This document shows, in pieces, positions 9,603 through 19,317 of a stretch of DNA of 64,000 bases. The translations under genes were made by a program, and so were the position numbers. The DNA lies in contig JBNKHE010000004.1 in NCBI GenBank assembly GCA_050290185.1, positions 224,001 through 288,000 of the forward strand. Reading direction: 5' to 3'. The stretch comes from Pontiella sp. Lineage in GTDB: Bacteria > Verrucomicrobiota > Kiritimatiellia > Kiritimatiellales > Pontiellaceae. Positions within the stretch are counted from its first letter, which is position 1, and the number at the start of each line of letters is the position of its first letter. Under the pieces are notes generated by a model, which worked only from the letters and a program-made list of their open reading frames with translations, was not told where the DNA came from and ran no database searches.

Positions 9603-10745
9603 ATGATCAAACGTAAACACATTATGCTGTTGCTCGAATGGTACGATTACCGTATCCATCGCGGAGTGGCCCAGATTGCCCGGGAATGTGGATGGCAGTT
9701 GAACTGCCCGAAAGATCCCGTAACCAATGAAGGCTATCTGAAAGACTGGAAAGGCGATGGATGCATTGCGTTGCTGCAGTGCCGCGAAACGCTTGAGTAT
9801 TTCAGAACCCACCAAATCCCGCTGGTTGATCTGGGCCTCGGGGAACATGGGCTGCCCATTCCCCGGATCGTCACCGACAATCGTGAAATCGGCAGGATGG
9901 CGGCCGAGCATTTCCGCGATCACGGCTATCGCGAGGTATTCGCACTGGGCCCCGGCAATATCCCGATGTACAAGGAACGCTTCGACGCCTTGAAGGAATT
10001 CATGGAGGAAGACGGGGGAAGCGCAACCGCGTTGCAAACCGCGGAAACCATGCAACCGGACGTGATGCGGGAACTCACCCGGATTGCAAGGCAACGTGCG
10101 CATCGGCTGGAAGAACTCTCGATAGGCTTTTTTGCCTATCAGGACAACATGGCCGCCGAAATGATTTCCATGTGCCTACAGAACGAGTTGCGCGTTCCTG
10201 AGAACATTGCGGTGCTTGGCGTGGACAACGACGACCTGATAAACTCCGGACTCACCGTAAGCCTCAGCAGTATTGACAGTGATCAGGAAGGACTCGGCCG
10301 GCAGGCCGCCCAGCTATTACGCGAGATGCTGGATAACCCTTCATACCAGCCGAACGATACGATTATCCGACATCCGCCAAAAGATGTGGTGGTACGAAAA
10401 AGCACAGACTGCTACGCCGTGCGAAACCCCCTGGTATCAGAAGCGCTTCATTGGATTCAAAACAACTTTCACACAGGCATTCAGGCGGTGGACGTCGCCG
10501 ACGCCATGGGCGTTACGCAGCAAGGATTGCAGAAAGCGTTTTCTGCAAACTACTCCCGTTCCCCCGGGCAGGAGATCCGGTATCAGCGCATACAGACGGT
10601 CGCACACCTGCTGAACAGCACCAATGCCCGGCTTGAGGATATTGCAGAAAACTGCGGCTTCACCTCCGTGGATACGCTTATCAGCAACTTCCGAAGGGAG
10701 TTCAGTACAACGCCGGGAAAATACCGGAAGCAAAAACGAAAATAG
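9603..10745 (+). CDS. xylR: XylR-type regulator (LacI-like sensor domain plus AraC HTH)
   Basis: DNREIGRMAAEHF, VPENIAVLGVDND, LSSID, VVVRKSTD, C-terminal AraC HTH (IAENCGF..TPGKYR); divergent from the xylan genes. Confidence 0.85.
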   Translation: MIKRKHIMLLLEWYDYRIHRGVAQIARECGWQLNCPKDPVTNEGYLKDWKGDGCIALLQCRETLEYFRTHQIPLVDLGLGEHGLPIPRIVTDNREIGRMAAEHFRDHGYREVFALGPGNIPMYKERFDALKEFMEEDGGSATALQTAETMQPDVMRELTRIARQRAHRLEELSIGFFAYQDNMAAEMISMCLQNELRVPENIAVLGVDNDDLINSGLTVSLSSIDSDQEGLGRQAAQLLREMLDNPSYQPNDTIIRHPPKDVVVRKSTDCYAVRNPLVSEALHWIQNNFHTGIQAVDVADAMGVTQQGLQKAFSANYSRSPGQEIRYQRIQTVAHLLNSTNARLEDIAENCGFTSVDTLISNFRREFSTTPGKYRKQKRK

Positions 10746-10864
10746 GATCCCGCTGACCGCCCCGACCTTGCCCGGCATCCGAACCATAAAACATGTCAAC
10801 CAAGCTCTAAACGGTGCCCATCGACTACGCAATACACCAGACGCCAACGGGCAATACCATCGGC

Positions 10865-11620
10865 TTAAGATTCATGACGCCAGGCATTTAGCTCGCCAAC
10901 AATGCCAAGGCCCTTGAGCGTCAGCTTGGGGTCGATTACGGCCTCAACGTCCCAGTCTTTGAAAATCCATCCGGCATAGCCACCGGTACAGCACACCGGG
11001 AGCATCGGTGCATCAAGGTCGTCTTTCAGGGCCGCCAGAATTTCTCGCACCATGCCGCGATAGCCCAACCGTGCGCCGATCTGCATCGCCTGTGCCGTAT
11101 TGCGCCCGACAACCGCTTTGGTTCTGGATGGCTCAACATGCGGGAGCAAAGCAGTCTTTTCTGCCAGGTAATCGAACATGAGCGGCAGGCCGGGACAGAT
11201 AATTCCGCCGATATAGCCGCGCGATGCGTGAACGATGTCAAACGTCAGCGCCGTTCCAAAATCACACACCACGGAAGGGGTTCCAAAAAGCTGCGCAGCG
11301 GCCGCGGCATTGGCCAGACGGTCGGCACCGATCCGATCGGGATTGGGATAATCGACGGGAACACCTAGTTCCATTTCATGCGAGACAAACAGCGGCGCCG
11401 GCAGGCCGGCACTCTTCAGCACCTTTTTCCAGCGTGTATTTACAGAAGGAACAACGGAAGCAATGACCACAGCATCAACAGACTTGATCGTGATAAGCGA
11501 AACGACTTCCTCCGTCGCCTTGAAACGCGATTTGCAGCGCCCTATTCCACTCACCTTACCATTGCGATAGTAACCTACCGAGGTGCTGGTATTGCCGATA
11601 TCTATGACCAGCGTCGTCAT
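10865..11620 (-). CDS. coaX: Type III pantothenate kinase
   Basis: IDIGNT, ASVVP, IGADR, DFGTALTFD, GGIICPG, TGG. Confidence 0.93.
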   Translation of the reverse strand: MTTLVIDIGNTSTSVGYYRNGKVSGIGRCKSRFKATEEVVSLITIKSVDAVVIASVVPSVNTRWKKVLKSAGLPAPLFVSHEMELGVPVDYPNPDRIGADRLANAAAAAQLFGTPSVVCDFGTALTFDIVHASRGYIGGIICPGLPLMFDYLAEKTALLPHVEPSRTKAVVGRNTAQAMQIGARLGYRGMVREILAALKDDLDAPMLPVCCTGGYAGWIFKDWDVEAVIDPKLTLKGLGIVGELNAWRHES

Positions 11621-12483
11621 ACAAAATCGAGGGCGAGATCGATGGACGGTGCGGAATGGGTCAGGGCTCCGACGGAAAGTGCATCAACACCGGTATGAGC
11701 AATGGCATGGATGGTCGTCAGATTGATTCCGCCTGATGCCTCGGTCTTGCAGATGCCTTTGCAGAGGGCCACGCACTCGCGCAGCACGGGGGGCGGCATG
11801 TTGTCGAGCAGCACCCAGTCCGGCTTTGTTTCAAGGGCCTCTCTGAGCTGCTCGATGGTGTCGACCTCGACCTCGATCTTCAGGTCGGGATATCTTGCAC
11901 GGGCAGCGGCAACCGCCTCGCCCACACCAATCCCGTGGGTACGTTCCCAGGACGCCAGGTGGTTGTCTTTAATCAACACGGCATCGAACAGACCGTAGCG
12001 ATGATTTACCCCGCCGCCGCAACGGACGGCATACTTTTCGAAGGGACGGAGCAACGGCGTGGTCTTGCGGGTGCAGAGAATATCGACATCGGGATTGTCG
12101 GCGGCCTTGACGTACTCCGCCGTAATGGTGGCCACGCCGCACATACGCTGGATAAAGTTGAGCGCGGTCCGTTCCGCCGTCAGGATGCTCTTGGCCGAAC
12201 CGCGGATGATCAACACATTGGTGCCGGCTTCCACTTGGGTTCCATCGGATACCTGTTCTTCGATTTCAAGATCGGGATTGGTTTGCAGGAAGACTTCCCT
12301 AGCCACCGCAATACCGGCGATCACGCATTTTTCGCGCGCAACGAGATGCGCTTCGGCAAGCGCCTCCGGCGAAACGAGCGATTCGGAGGTAACATCCACC
12401 CCGATGTCACCCAGGTCTTCCTGAAGCGCAAGCCGGATCGATGCGCGGACTTCTTTTCGTTCAAATATATTCGGTAGATACAC
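11617..12483 (-). CDS. nadC: Nicotinate-nucleotide pyrophosphorylase (carboxylating)
   Basis: AERTALN, TRKTTP, NHRYGLFDAVLIKDNH, EVEVD, LLDNM, EASGG, GALTHS. Confidence 0.95.
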   Translation of the reverse strand: MYLPNIFERKEVRASIRLALQEDLGDIGVDVTSESLVSPEALAEAHLVAREKCVIAGIAVAREVFLQTNPDLEIEEQVSDGTQVEAGTNVLIIRGSAKSILTAERTALNFIQRMCGVATITAEYVKAADNPDVDILCTRKTTPLLRPFEKYAVRCGGGVNHRYGLFDAVLIKDNHLASWERTHGIGVGEAVAAARARYPDLKIEVEVDTIEQLREALETKPDWVLLDNMPPPVLRECVALCKGICKTEASGGINLTTIHAIAHTGVDALSVGALTHSAPSIDLALDFV

Positions 12484-12485
12484 CT

Positions 12486-13547
12486 CTATTCCCCCTGATT
12501 TCCTTGCATTTCCTTCATAAAACTTTTCCCCGACCCCATCAGAATGCTTATAGGCTTAAGCGCTTCGATGTTTTCGCAGAAAATTTTGATCGCGGCGGCG
12601 ATCGGAACCGACAGCAGCGCACCGACAATGCCCCACATCCAACCGAAAAAGACCAGCGAGAGCAGAATGACGACGGGGCTGAGGTTCAAATGGTCGCCCA
12701 TGATTTTCGGCTCAATGACATTCCCCATCGTCATCTGGATCAGCAGCAGGAGAATCGCCGTGAAAACCGGCATCCAAACGGAGGGATAGAACTGGACGAC
12801 GGCCAACAGAATCGGCGGAATCGATGCGATGATTGAACCGATGCTGGGAATGAAGTTGAGAAAGAAAGCCAGCGCTCCCCAGGTGAGCGCAAACTCGACC
12901 CCGAGGAGGCTCAGACTCAGCCAGACCAAAACCCCGGTCGTGCCGCTGATCGCCACCTTGACGATCAGATATTGACCGATCTGTTTGGAGATGGAAGCCG
13001 TCATGGTGGAGAAGGTTTCCGCCCGGTCCGGCGGGAAGGCCCGTTCAACCTTGTACTTAAAGTAGGGTTTCCCCAGCAGCATAAAGACCAGGAAAATCAG
13101 GACCAGAAGCAGCTTTCCCAGAAAGTTCCCCATGTATATGGCGACCGACGCGGAAAGGCTGGCGAGCTTAGGCCCCAGTTTTTCCGCCCAGTTGAATCCG
13201 GCAAGATAGTCTTCGGGCAGATCCAGATTCGCGACGGCATCGTGATAGATGGTGTTCAGCTGGGTCACGTACTTGGGCGATTGGGCCAGCACATCGCTCA
13301 CCCGGCCGCTCAGGAAGATGCCGAAGAAATAGCAGACAAACAGCACCAGCACGAGCACCGCGAAAACCGCCAGTCCCAGCGGTACTTTTTTATGCACCAG
13401 ATAGTTCACCACCGGCCCGCAGATATATGAAAGCAGCCAGGCGATCATCAGCGGGATGACTACATTGTAGGCCACCTTAAACGCCGCCGCCACCGCGAAC
13501 AGCACCAGCATACTCAGCAGGCCCACCATTAAATTTGATCTCTTCAT
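12486..13547 (-). CDS. AI-2E family transporter
   Basis: LNFIPSIGS, GNVIEPKIMG..LNLSP, WGIVGALLSVP. Confidence 0.9.
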   Translation of the reverse strand: MKRSNLMVGLLSMLVLFAVAAAFKVAYNVVIPLMIAWLLSYICGPVVNYLVHKKVPLGLAVFAVLVLVLFVCYFFGIFLSGRVSDVLAQSPKYVTQLNTIYHDAVANLDLPEDYLAGFNWAEKLGPKLASLSASVAIYMGNFLGKLLLVLIFLVFMLLGKPYFKYKVERAFPPDRAETFSTMTASISKQIGQYLIVKVAISGTTGVLVWLSLSLLGVEFALTWGALAFFLNFIPSIGSIIASIPPILLAVVQFYPSVWMPVFTAILLLLIQMTMGNVIEPKIMGDHLNLSPVVILLSLVFFGWMWGIVGALLSVPIAAAIKIFCENIEALKPISILMGSGKSFMKEMQGNQGE

Positions 13548-13724
13548 CCAAATTCCCCTTAAAAACGCGTGTATTGATAAACCACCTCGGTGATTATTGA
13601 AACCCTAATCGTCACGTCCTTGACACTATTGACGGGCGTATCCGGTGGCACATCGGGCAGAAAGAGTTTGCGGGCAATGCGCCGGAACGTTAGTTTTTCC
13701 GCCACGACTATCATGGAGATCTAT

Positions 13725-16700
13725 ATGAAGTTTTTGAAGCGAACCGCCCTGTTATTCCTCGTCCTGCTGTTATCCGCTTCCCCGCTCACCGCCAAGGAAT
13801 TCCTGTCCATCGAAAAGATCGTCGGGCAGGCCGCTCTGGCCACTCCCGAAAAATATCCCGATTCGGACGACGCCCTGATCGACGATTTCATCCAGGTGGA
13901 ATACCAGACCGACGGAACCTCCGAAATGTGGGACGATACGGCGATCAAGATCCTGACAGAAAAAGGGAAGCGCGACAACCGGGTTCAAACGCTCTCCTTC
14001 AACACGTCGTACGGCACGAACTATTTCACTAGGGTCGAGATCATCAAGCCTGACGGCACAGTGGTTCCGGTCGATCTGAAAGCCAACACCAAGGTGATGG
14101 CCAACCCCGGACAGATGAGCGCAAATATCTACAACCCCAACTCGAAATTACTGCAGCTTTCCGTGCCCGGTCTGGAAGTGGGCGACACGTTGCACTACAT
14201 CGCATGCGACCTCCAAAGCAAAACCGTCGTGCCGGACACATGGAGCGACTATCAGACCTTCGAGGGCAACACACCGATCGAGCATCTGACCTATCAGGTG
14301 ATTGCCCCCACCAAACGGCCGTTGCAAAAGATTGCGCTGAAGGCCGAAATTCCCGACACGGTCTCCTTCGACAAGACCGTCAGCGATTCCGGCGATCAAA
14401 TCGTCTACACATGGACGGTACACGACGTCCCGCGCATGTTTGCGGAGCCCAACATGCCCAAACCCTACACGGTTGTTCAACGGCTGCTGGTCAGCACGGT
14501 TGATTCGTGGGAGGAGCTTTCCACCTGGTATTGGGATCTGTGCAAGCCGCGACTCGAGGCCACCACCCCCGAAATGGAGGCCATGGCCCACGAACTGACG
14601 GCCGGCTGCACCAACACGATGGACAAGATCAAGGCCATCTTCAACTTCGTCTCTCAGGATATCCGCTACATGGGCATCACGCCCGAAGAAGAGGCCCCGG
14701 GTTACGAACCCCACGACGTTAACATCACCTTCGAAAACCGCTACGGGGTATGTCGCGACAAGGCCGCGCTGCTGGCTGCCATGCTTCGCTGCGTCGATAT
14801 CGAGTCCTTTCCGGTCATCATCATGGCCGGCCCCAAGAAGGACGAGGAAGTTCCGCAGCCGTTCTTCAACCATGCCGTAACGGCCGCGCTGGGCGACGAC
14901 GGTGAATATATCCTGATGGACTCCACCGACGAGAACACCAAGGATATCTTCCCCTCCTACCTGCAGAACATGAGCTATCTCGTTGCCCGCCCCGAAGGCG
15001 AAACCCTACGAACCTCGCCCGTCATCCCCGCCGAAGAAAATCTGCTCCGGATCTCCACCACCGGATCCCTCGATACATCAGGCACATTGAAAGCCAAAAG
15101 CACCCTGCGCTTCGAAGGAATCAACGACACGGTTTACCGGGGCTATTTTTCTCAAATCAAACCGGAGGAACGCCACCGTTTCTTTGAAGGCCACCTGAAG
15201 AAATCCATGCCGTCCGCCGTACTGGACTCGCTGGAGATCCTGCCCCGGGAGCTGCGCGACACCACCCAGCCATTGACGATCACGCTGACCTACTCCGCCG
15301 ACAATCTCCTGATCAAGGGCCCCGCCAACAAGATGTTCAAACCGCCGCGCCTTGGCGGATCGCTGGGTTACGCCAATTTCCTGCTGGGCCAGACCGGACT
15401 CGAAAAAAGAAAGTACCCGCTCTATACGCGCATGACCGCAGGCATCCGGGAAACCTTGAAACTTGAGCTTCCCGACGATCTTGGATCAGTGAACATTCCC
15501 GACTATCAGGCGATCGACACCAAACCGCTTACGTGGAACGTGCAGGTCGCGCAGACCGGCAACTTGCTTTCCGCCACCAATACCTTCCTGCTCAACACCG
15601 TGGAGTTCAGCCCGGAGGAATATCTGGAGCTCAAGCAAAACCTGAAGGACATCGAATACAACCTGCGGAAGAGCCTGATCATCGATACGGTTCCAACCAC
15701 CCTTTCGGGCGATGCCGATGTACGCGTTCTCGATCAGCAGACCGAAATCATATTGGAGAGCCCCGACCGCTGGACAGAAACCCAGCACTCGAAAATAAAA
15801 GTGCTCACCTATGCGGGAACGAAAGATTCCTCGGAAATCAAGATTCCCTACAATCCGGCATGGCAGGAGATCACACTGGCTTCCGCCACGGTAACCCTGC
15901 CTGATGGAACCGTGAAGAAAATCGTCGAGGATGAAATCAACCTGATGGATTCGTCCTGGGTGGCCACCGCCCCCCGCTACCCCGCCGAACGCATCCTGGT
16001 CGCCAGTCTGCCGGGCGTCGAGGTCGACAGCGTGCTTGAATATGAAATCGTATCCAAGGTCGATGGCAAGCCGTTCTTCTCGGCCGTGCAGACCTTCAAC
16101 GGCCACGACCCCATCGACCGCAAATCCGTTTCTCTGACCGTACCCGGGTCGATGGATATCGAAATCCGGAACAATGGTGTAGCGGAAAGCAAAACCGTCA
16201 GCGACGGCACCATGACCTACACGTGGACGGCGACCAACCAACCGGCCGTGAACAAAGAGGAAGCGCTGCCGGCATGGTGGACGTTCAACCCGGCAGTCTT
16301 CATCTCAACCGGCACATGGAAGGAATACAGCGAGCAGATTCTCGACCTTCTAATGGCCGCCACCCAGCATCAATCGAATGCAGAAAACCTCGCCCGGAAG
16401 TTGACGGCCGGCATGGACAGCAAAAGAGACCAGGTCGTCGCCCTGCGAAACTGGGTGGCGGAAAACCTGCGCACTGCGGGCCCCAACCTCACCAGCCTGC
16501 CGCTGTCGTCCATCACACCGGCGGATCAAACCTTGGCCGACCGCTACGGCAACAACACGGACTGCATGGTCGTGCTCTATACCCTGCTCAAAGCTAGCCA
16601 CTTCAAGCCTGAGTTCGTTCTTTCCGGCAACATCCCCCTCGTTCGCGAAGCCGCCAAGCCGTTGATCGACATCCCGTCGCGCACGGCGTTCAGCACCGTC

Positions 16701-17519
16701 CTGATCAAGGTTGATGTGGAAGGTGAAACGGTCTACCTCAACGGCTCTTCGCAGTACGCGGAACTCGGGACTTCCGCATACGACCACCGGGCCATGCTGA
16801 ACCTTGGAAACGGAAACGTGGAACAGATTCGTGTCGCCCCGGGCAAGGACGACCAGACCCATGTCATCTATGAAATGAACATTGCCGCCAACGGCGAGAT
16901 TGGACTGACCGAAACCGCCTCCGTACAAGGCACGCGTTTCGAAGCGTTCCAGCAAACCTATGCAGAGATGACGCCGGAAAACCGCCGTCGCCATTATCTT
17001 GAATTAGTGTCGTCGATTTCCCAATCCGCCAAGGCCGCCTCGGACCTGGTCACCGACTACAGCATCTATCCCGGCAAAATGGAATATTCGGTCTATGCTC
17101 CGCGCTACGGGGTGCGGGACGGCGATTATCTCTACTTCACCCTCCCCGACGACCTGCTTGGCGGATTGCTGAAATACCGGTCCAACGAACGTACCTTGCC
17201 ATTGTCCTGGGAAAACTATGTCGACCGCGTGGCCGAGTTCATCATCATCCTGCCCGACGGCTACGAGCCGGCCATTATGCCGCGCAATTTTTCATGGCAG
17301 GCCCCCGAAGGGGCGGGCATGGTGGATGTCAGCGTGGAATACGACCCGCTCGCAAACGCTATTCGAATGGTCCAGATTGCCGACATCCAGCCGGCTTTGA
17401 TCCCGGCGGACAAGTTCCCTGCGATTATTGCGGCCGGCCGAAGGCTCGCCCACCCCGACATGCACACGATCCTGCTGAAAAAAACCGCCACGAAGAAAAA
17501 ACACAAGAAGCGGCATTGA
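13725..17519 (+). CDS. Secreted tandem DUF3857/transglutaminase-like protein
   Basis: Signal peptide; two modules each with PG(L/V)EV(G/D); first has IRYMG..YGVCRDKA..FNHA..D. Confidence 0.8.
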   Translation: MKFLKRTALLFLVLLLSASPLTAKEFLSIEKIVGQAALATPEKYPDSDDALIDDFIQVEYQTDGTSEMWDDTAIKILTEKGKRDNRVQTLSFNTSYGTNYFTRVEIIKPDGTVVPVDLKANTKVMANPGQMSANIYNPNSKLLQLSVPGLEVGDTLHYIACDLQSKTVVPDTWSDYQTFEGNTPIEHLTYQVIAPTKRPLQKIALKAEIPDTVSFDKTVSDSGDQIVYTWTVHDVPRMFAEPNMPKPYTVVQRLLVSTVDSWEELSTWYWDLCKPRLEATTPEMEAMAHELTAGCTNTMDKIKAIFNFVSQDIRYMGITPEEEAPGYEPHDVNITFENRYGVCRDKAALLAAMLRCVDIESFPVIIMAGPKKDEEVPQPFFNHAVTAALGDDGEYILMDSTDENTKDIFPSYLQNMSYLVARPEGETLRTSPVIPAEENLLRISTTGSLDTSGTLKAKSTLRFEGINDTVYRGYFSQIKPEERHRFFEGHLKKSMPSAVLDSLEILPRELRDTTQPLTITLTYSADNLLIKGPANKMFKPPRLGGSLGYANFLLGQTGLEKRKYPLYTRMTAGIRETLKLELPDDLGSVNIPDYQAIDTKPLTWNVQVAQTGNLLSATNTFLLNTVEFSPEEYLELKQNLKDIEYNLRKSLIIDTVPTTLSGDADVRVLDQQTEIILESPDRWTETQHSKIKVLTYAGTKDSSEIKIPYNPAWQEITLASATVTLPDGTVKKIVEDEINLMDSSWVATAPRYPAERILVASLPGVEVDSVLEYEIVSKVDGKPFFSAVQTFNGHDPIDRKSVSLTVPGSMDIEIRNNGVAESKTVSDGTMTYTWTATNQPAVNKEEALPAWWTFNPAVFISTGTWKEYSEQILDLLMAATQHQSNAENLARKLTAGMDSKRDQVVALRNWVAENLRTAGPNLTSLPLSSITPADQTLADRYGNNTDCMVVLYTLLKASHFKPEFVLSGNIPLVREAAKPLIDIPSRTAFSTVLIKVDVEGETVYLNGSSQYAELGTSAYDHRAMLNLGNGNVEQIRVAPGKDDQTHVIYEMNIAANGEIGLTETASVQGTRFEAFQQTYAEMTPENRRRHYLELVSSISQSAKAASDLVTDYSIYPGKMEYSVYAPRYGVRDGDYLYFTLPDDLLGGLLKYRSNERTLPLSWENYVDRVAEFIIILPDGYEPAIMPRNFSWQAPEGAGMVDVSVEYDPLANAIRMVQIADIQPALIPADKFPAIIAAGRRLAHPDMHTILLKKTATKKKHKKRH

Positions 17520-17542
17520 TGCACTTCGGTCAAGGGATCCAC

Positions 17543-18226
17543 ATGAAACTCCACTATCTACAGCATGTCCCCTTTGAAGGGCTCGGCTACATCGAAGAGT
17601 GGGCACAGGCCCGGAACGTTCAAATCAGTTGCACCCGGCTGTTTGCCAACGAATCGTTGCCGGACACCGAAGACTTCGACTGGCTCGTCGTTATGGGCGG
17701 TCCGATGGGCATTTTCGACTATGCCGAACACCCTTGGCTTACGGCTGAAAAAAAATGCATTGAACGGGCCATCCACGCAGACAAAACGGTGGTCGGAATC
17801 TGCCTGGGGGCCCAGCTGATGGCTGATGTGCTCGGAGCAATAGTTTACCCCGGCCCGGAAAAGGAAATCGGATGGTTCCCGATCCTGCGGTCGGAAGACG
17901 CGCCGGAGCTGATCCCATCCCCTCTGACCGTCTTCCACTGGCACGGCGATACGTTTGACATTCCGGAGGGCGCAGTCGGACTGGCCACCAGTGAAGCAGG
18001 AATCAACCAGGGGTTCGTCTACAACCACAAAGCGGTTGCTCTGCAATTTCATATGGAAACCACGCCCGCCAGCATGAACGCCTTGATTCAAAACTGCGGT
18101 CACGAACTGGTCAATGCGCCCTATATTCAATCCGCCGGAGAAATGCGCAGCGGGCTTTCGAATATTCCATCCGTCAATGCCGCCATGGCAACCCTGCTCA
18201 ACAACCTGTTGCAAGTCCCCTGCTGA
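17543..18226 (+). CDS. Type 1 glutamine amidotransferase (GMP-synthase-like)
   Basis: LQHVPFEG, MGGPM, GICLGAQL, EIGW, HWHGDTF, QFHME. Confidence 0.9.
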   Translation: MKLHYLQHVPFEGLGYIEEWAQARNVQISCTRLFANESLPDTEDFDWLVVMGGPMGIFDYAEHPWLTAEKKCIERAIHADKTVVGICLGAQLMADVLGAIVYPGPEKEIGWFPILRSEDAPELIPSPLTVFHWHGDTFDIPEGAVGLATSEAGINQGFVYNHKAVALQFHMETTPASMNALIQNCGHELVNAPYIQSAGEMRSGLSNIPSVNAAMATLLNNLLQVPC

Positions 18227-18244
18227 TTCCATACGCTTCAACAC

Positions 18245-19177
18245 ATGTTAATCATCAACAGCATTGCCCCGATTTTCCTGCTGATCGCGCTCGGCAAGAT
18301 TCTGCAGAAAACAGCCTTCCTCCCGGACAGTTTCTTCAAGGGCCTGAACCGCTTTGTCTTCTGGTTTGCCCTGCCCGCCCTGCTAATCAGCAGCATTAGC
18401 GAAGCGAAGCTGGAGCTGACCGCCATCTCCCGGATTGTATTGCTACTGGCATGCGGCACCCTGCTGTCCATGTTGCTGGCATGGCTGCTCTCACGTCGGC
18501 TTTCGCTGCCAGCCCCGAAAACCGGCTCCTTCATCCAGGGTTCATTCAGGGGCAACGGCGCCTTCATCGCACTGCCCGTTATCACCTATTCCCTCGGCAC
18601 CATCGACCCGCAGGCCAAAACCCTCGCCACCGTCGTGCTCGCACCGGTCGTTGTCCTGTTCAATATGCTCGGAGTTCTCGTACTCACGCATTACAGCAGA
18701 AACAGAAAAAGTGCCGGCATATCGATCATTGCCGTGCTGACCGAACTGCTCAAGAATCCACTCATCATCGCCTGCGCGTCAGGCCTTGCTCTAAATCTGT
18801 TTCACCTGCATCTGCCGCAATTCCTGATCCGCCCCCTCGATGCGCTTGGGCACACGGCCCTTCCACTGGTACTCATGAGCATCGGGGCCTCCCTCGAATT
18901 TGAACGGTTGCGCGGCGCGGCATCACCCACACTGATCGCCTCGCTCATCAAAACCATGGCCGCACCGGCCTTCGGCTTCTTGCTGGCTGGGTGGTTCGGA
19001 CTCAGTCCGACGGAAAAACTGATCGCCATCTTCTATCTCGCGGCCCCCGCCGCCGGCATGTCGTACGTCATGGCCGAAGTGATGGGTAACGATGGCCCAT
19101 TGGCCGGTCGAATCGTCGCCTTCAGCACGTTGCTCTCCGCCGGCACCATCCCTATCATCATGGCCATTGGCTTATAG
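18245..19177 (+). CDS. AEC (auxin efflux carrier) family transporter
   Basis: APIFLLIALG, FALPALL, SFRGN, KNPLIIA; about 10 TM segments. Confidence 0.88.
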   Translation: MLIINSIAPIFLLIALGKILQKTAFLPDSFFKGLNRFVFWFALPALLISSISEAKLELTAISRIVLLLACGTLLSMLLAWLLSRRLSLPAPKTGSFIQGSFRGNGAFIALPVITYSLGTIDPQAKTLATVVLAPVVVLFNMLGVLVLTHYSRNRKSAGISIIAVLTELLKNPLIIACASGLALNLFHLHLPQFLIRPLDALGHTALPLVLMSIGASLEFERLRGAASPTLIASLIKTMAAPAFGFLLAGWFGLSPTEKLIAIFYLAAPAAGMSYVMAEVMGNDGPLAGRIVAFSTLLSAGTIPIIMAIGL

Positions 19178-19208
19178 CCCACCGACCTCCACACCAACCC
19201 GATACATC

Positions 19209-19237
19209 TTTACAAGTCCCCAAAAGCATCCTATTTT
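19209..19237 (+). promoter_or_regulatory. Candidate cassette-array promoter (Pc-like)
   Basis: TTTACA-17 bp-TATTTT immediately upstream of the array. Confidence 0.45.
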
Positions 19238-19239
19238 CT

Positions 19240-19267
19240 GCCTAACACGGTAATTCGTGCGTTAGGT
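19240..19267. other. Candidate array entry site (attI-like or mini-att palindrome)
   Basis: GCCTAAC-ACGGTAATTCGTGC-GTTAGGT: perfect RYYYAAC and GTTRRRY cores in 28 bp at the GC-to-AT-rich boundary. Confidence 0.45.
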
Positions 19268-19317
19268 GGACTTTCTCTACCTAATTAACTGTTTATTTCA
19301 AAAAAAAGGATAAATCT

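Noticed and set aside
900..17400. Many antisense and alternate-frame ORFs over GH115, GH10, MFS, nadC and the DUF3857 gene
   Set aside because: Shadow ORFs of GC-rich coding sequence with no recognisable motifs.
17294..17542. N-terminal extension of the amidotransferase; likewise 49055-49195 for the ECF
   Set aside because: Both overlap the upstream gene; family homology starts at ATG 17543 and ATG 49196.
19240..19267. Chromosomal dif site
   Set aside because: The 11-6-11 layout fits, but the arms match the XerC/XerD consensus poorly beyond GTTA; kept only as an att-like candidate.
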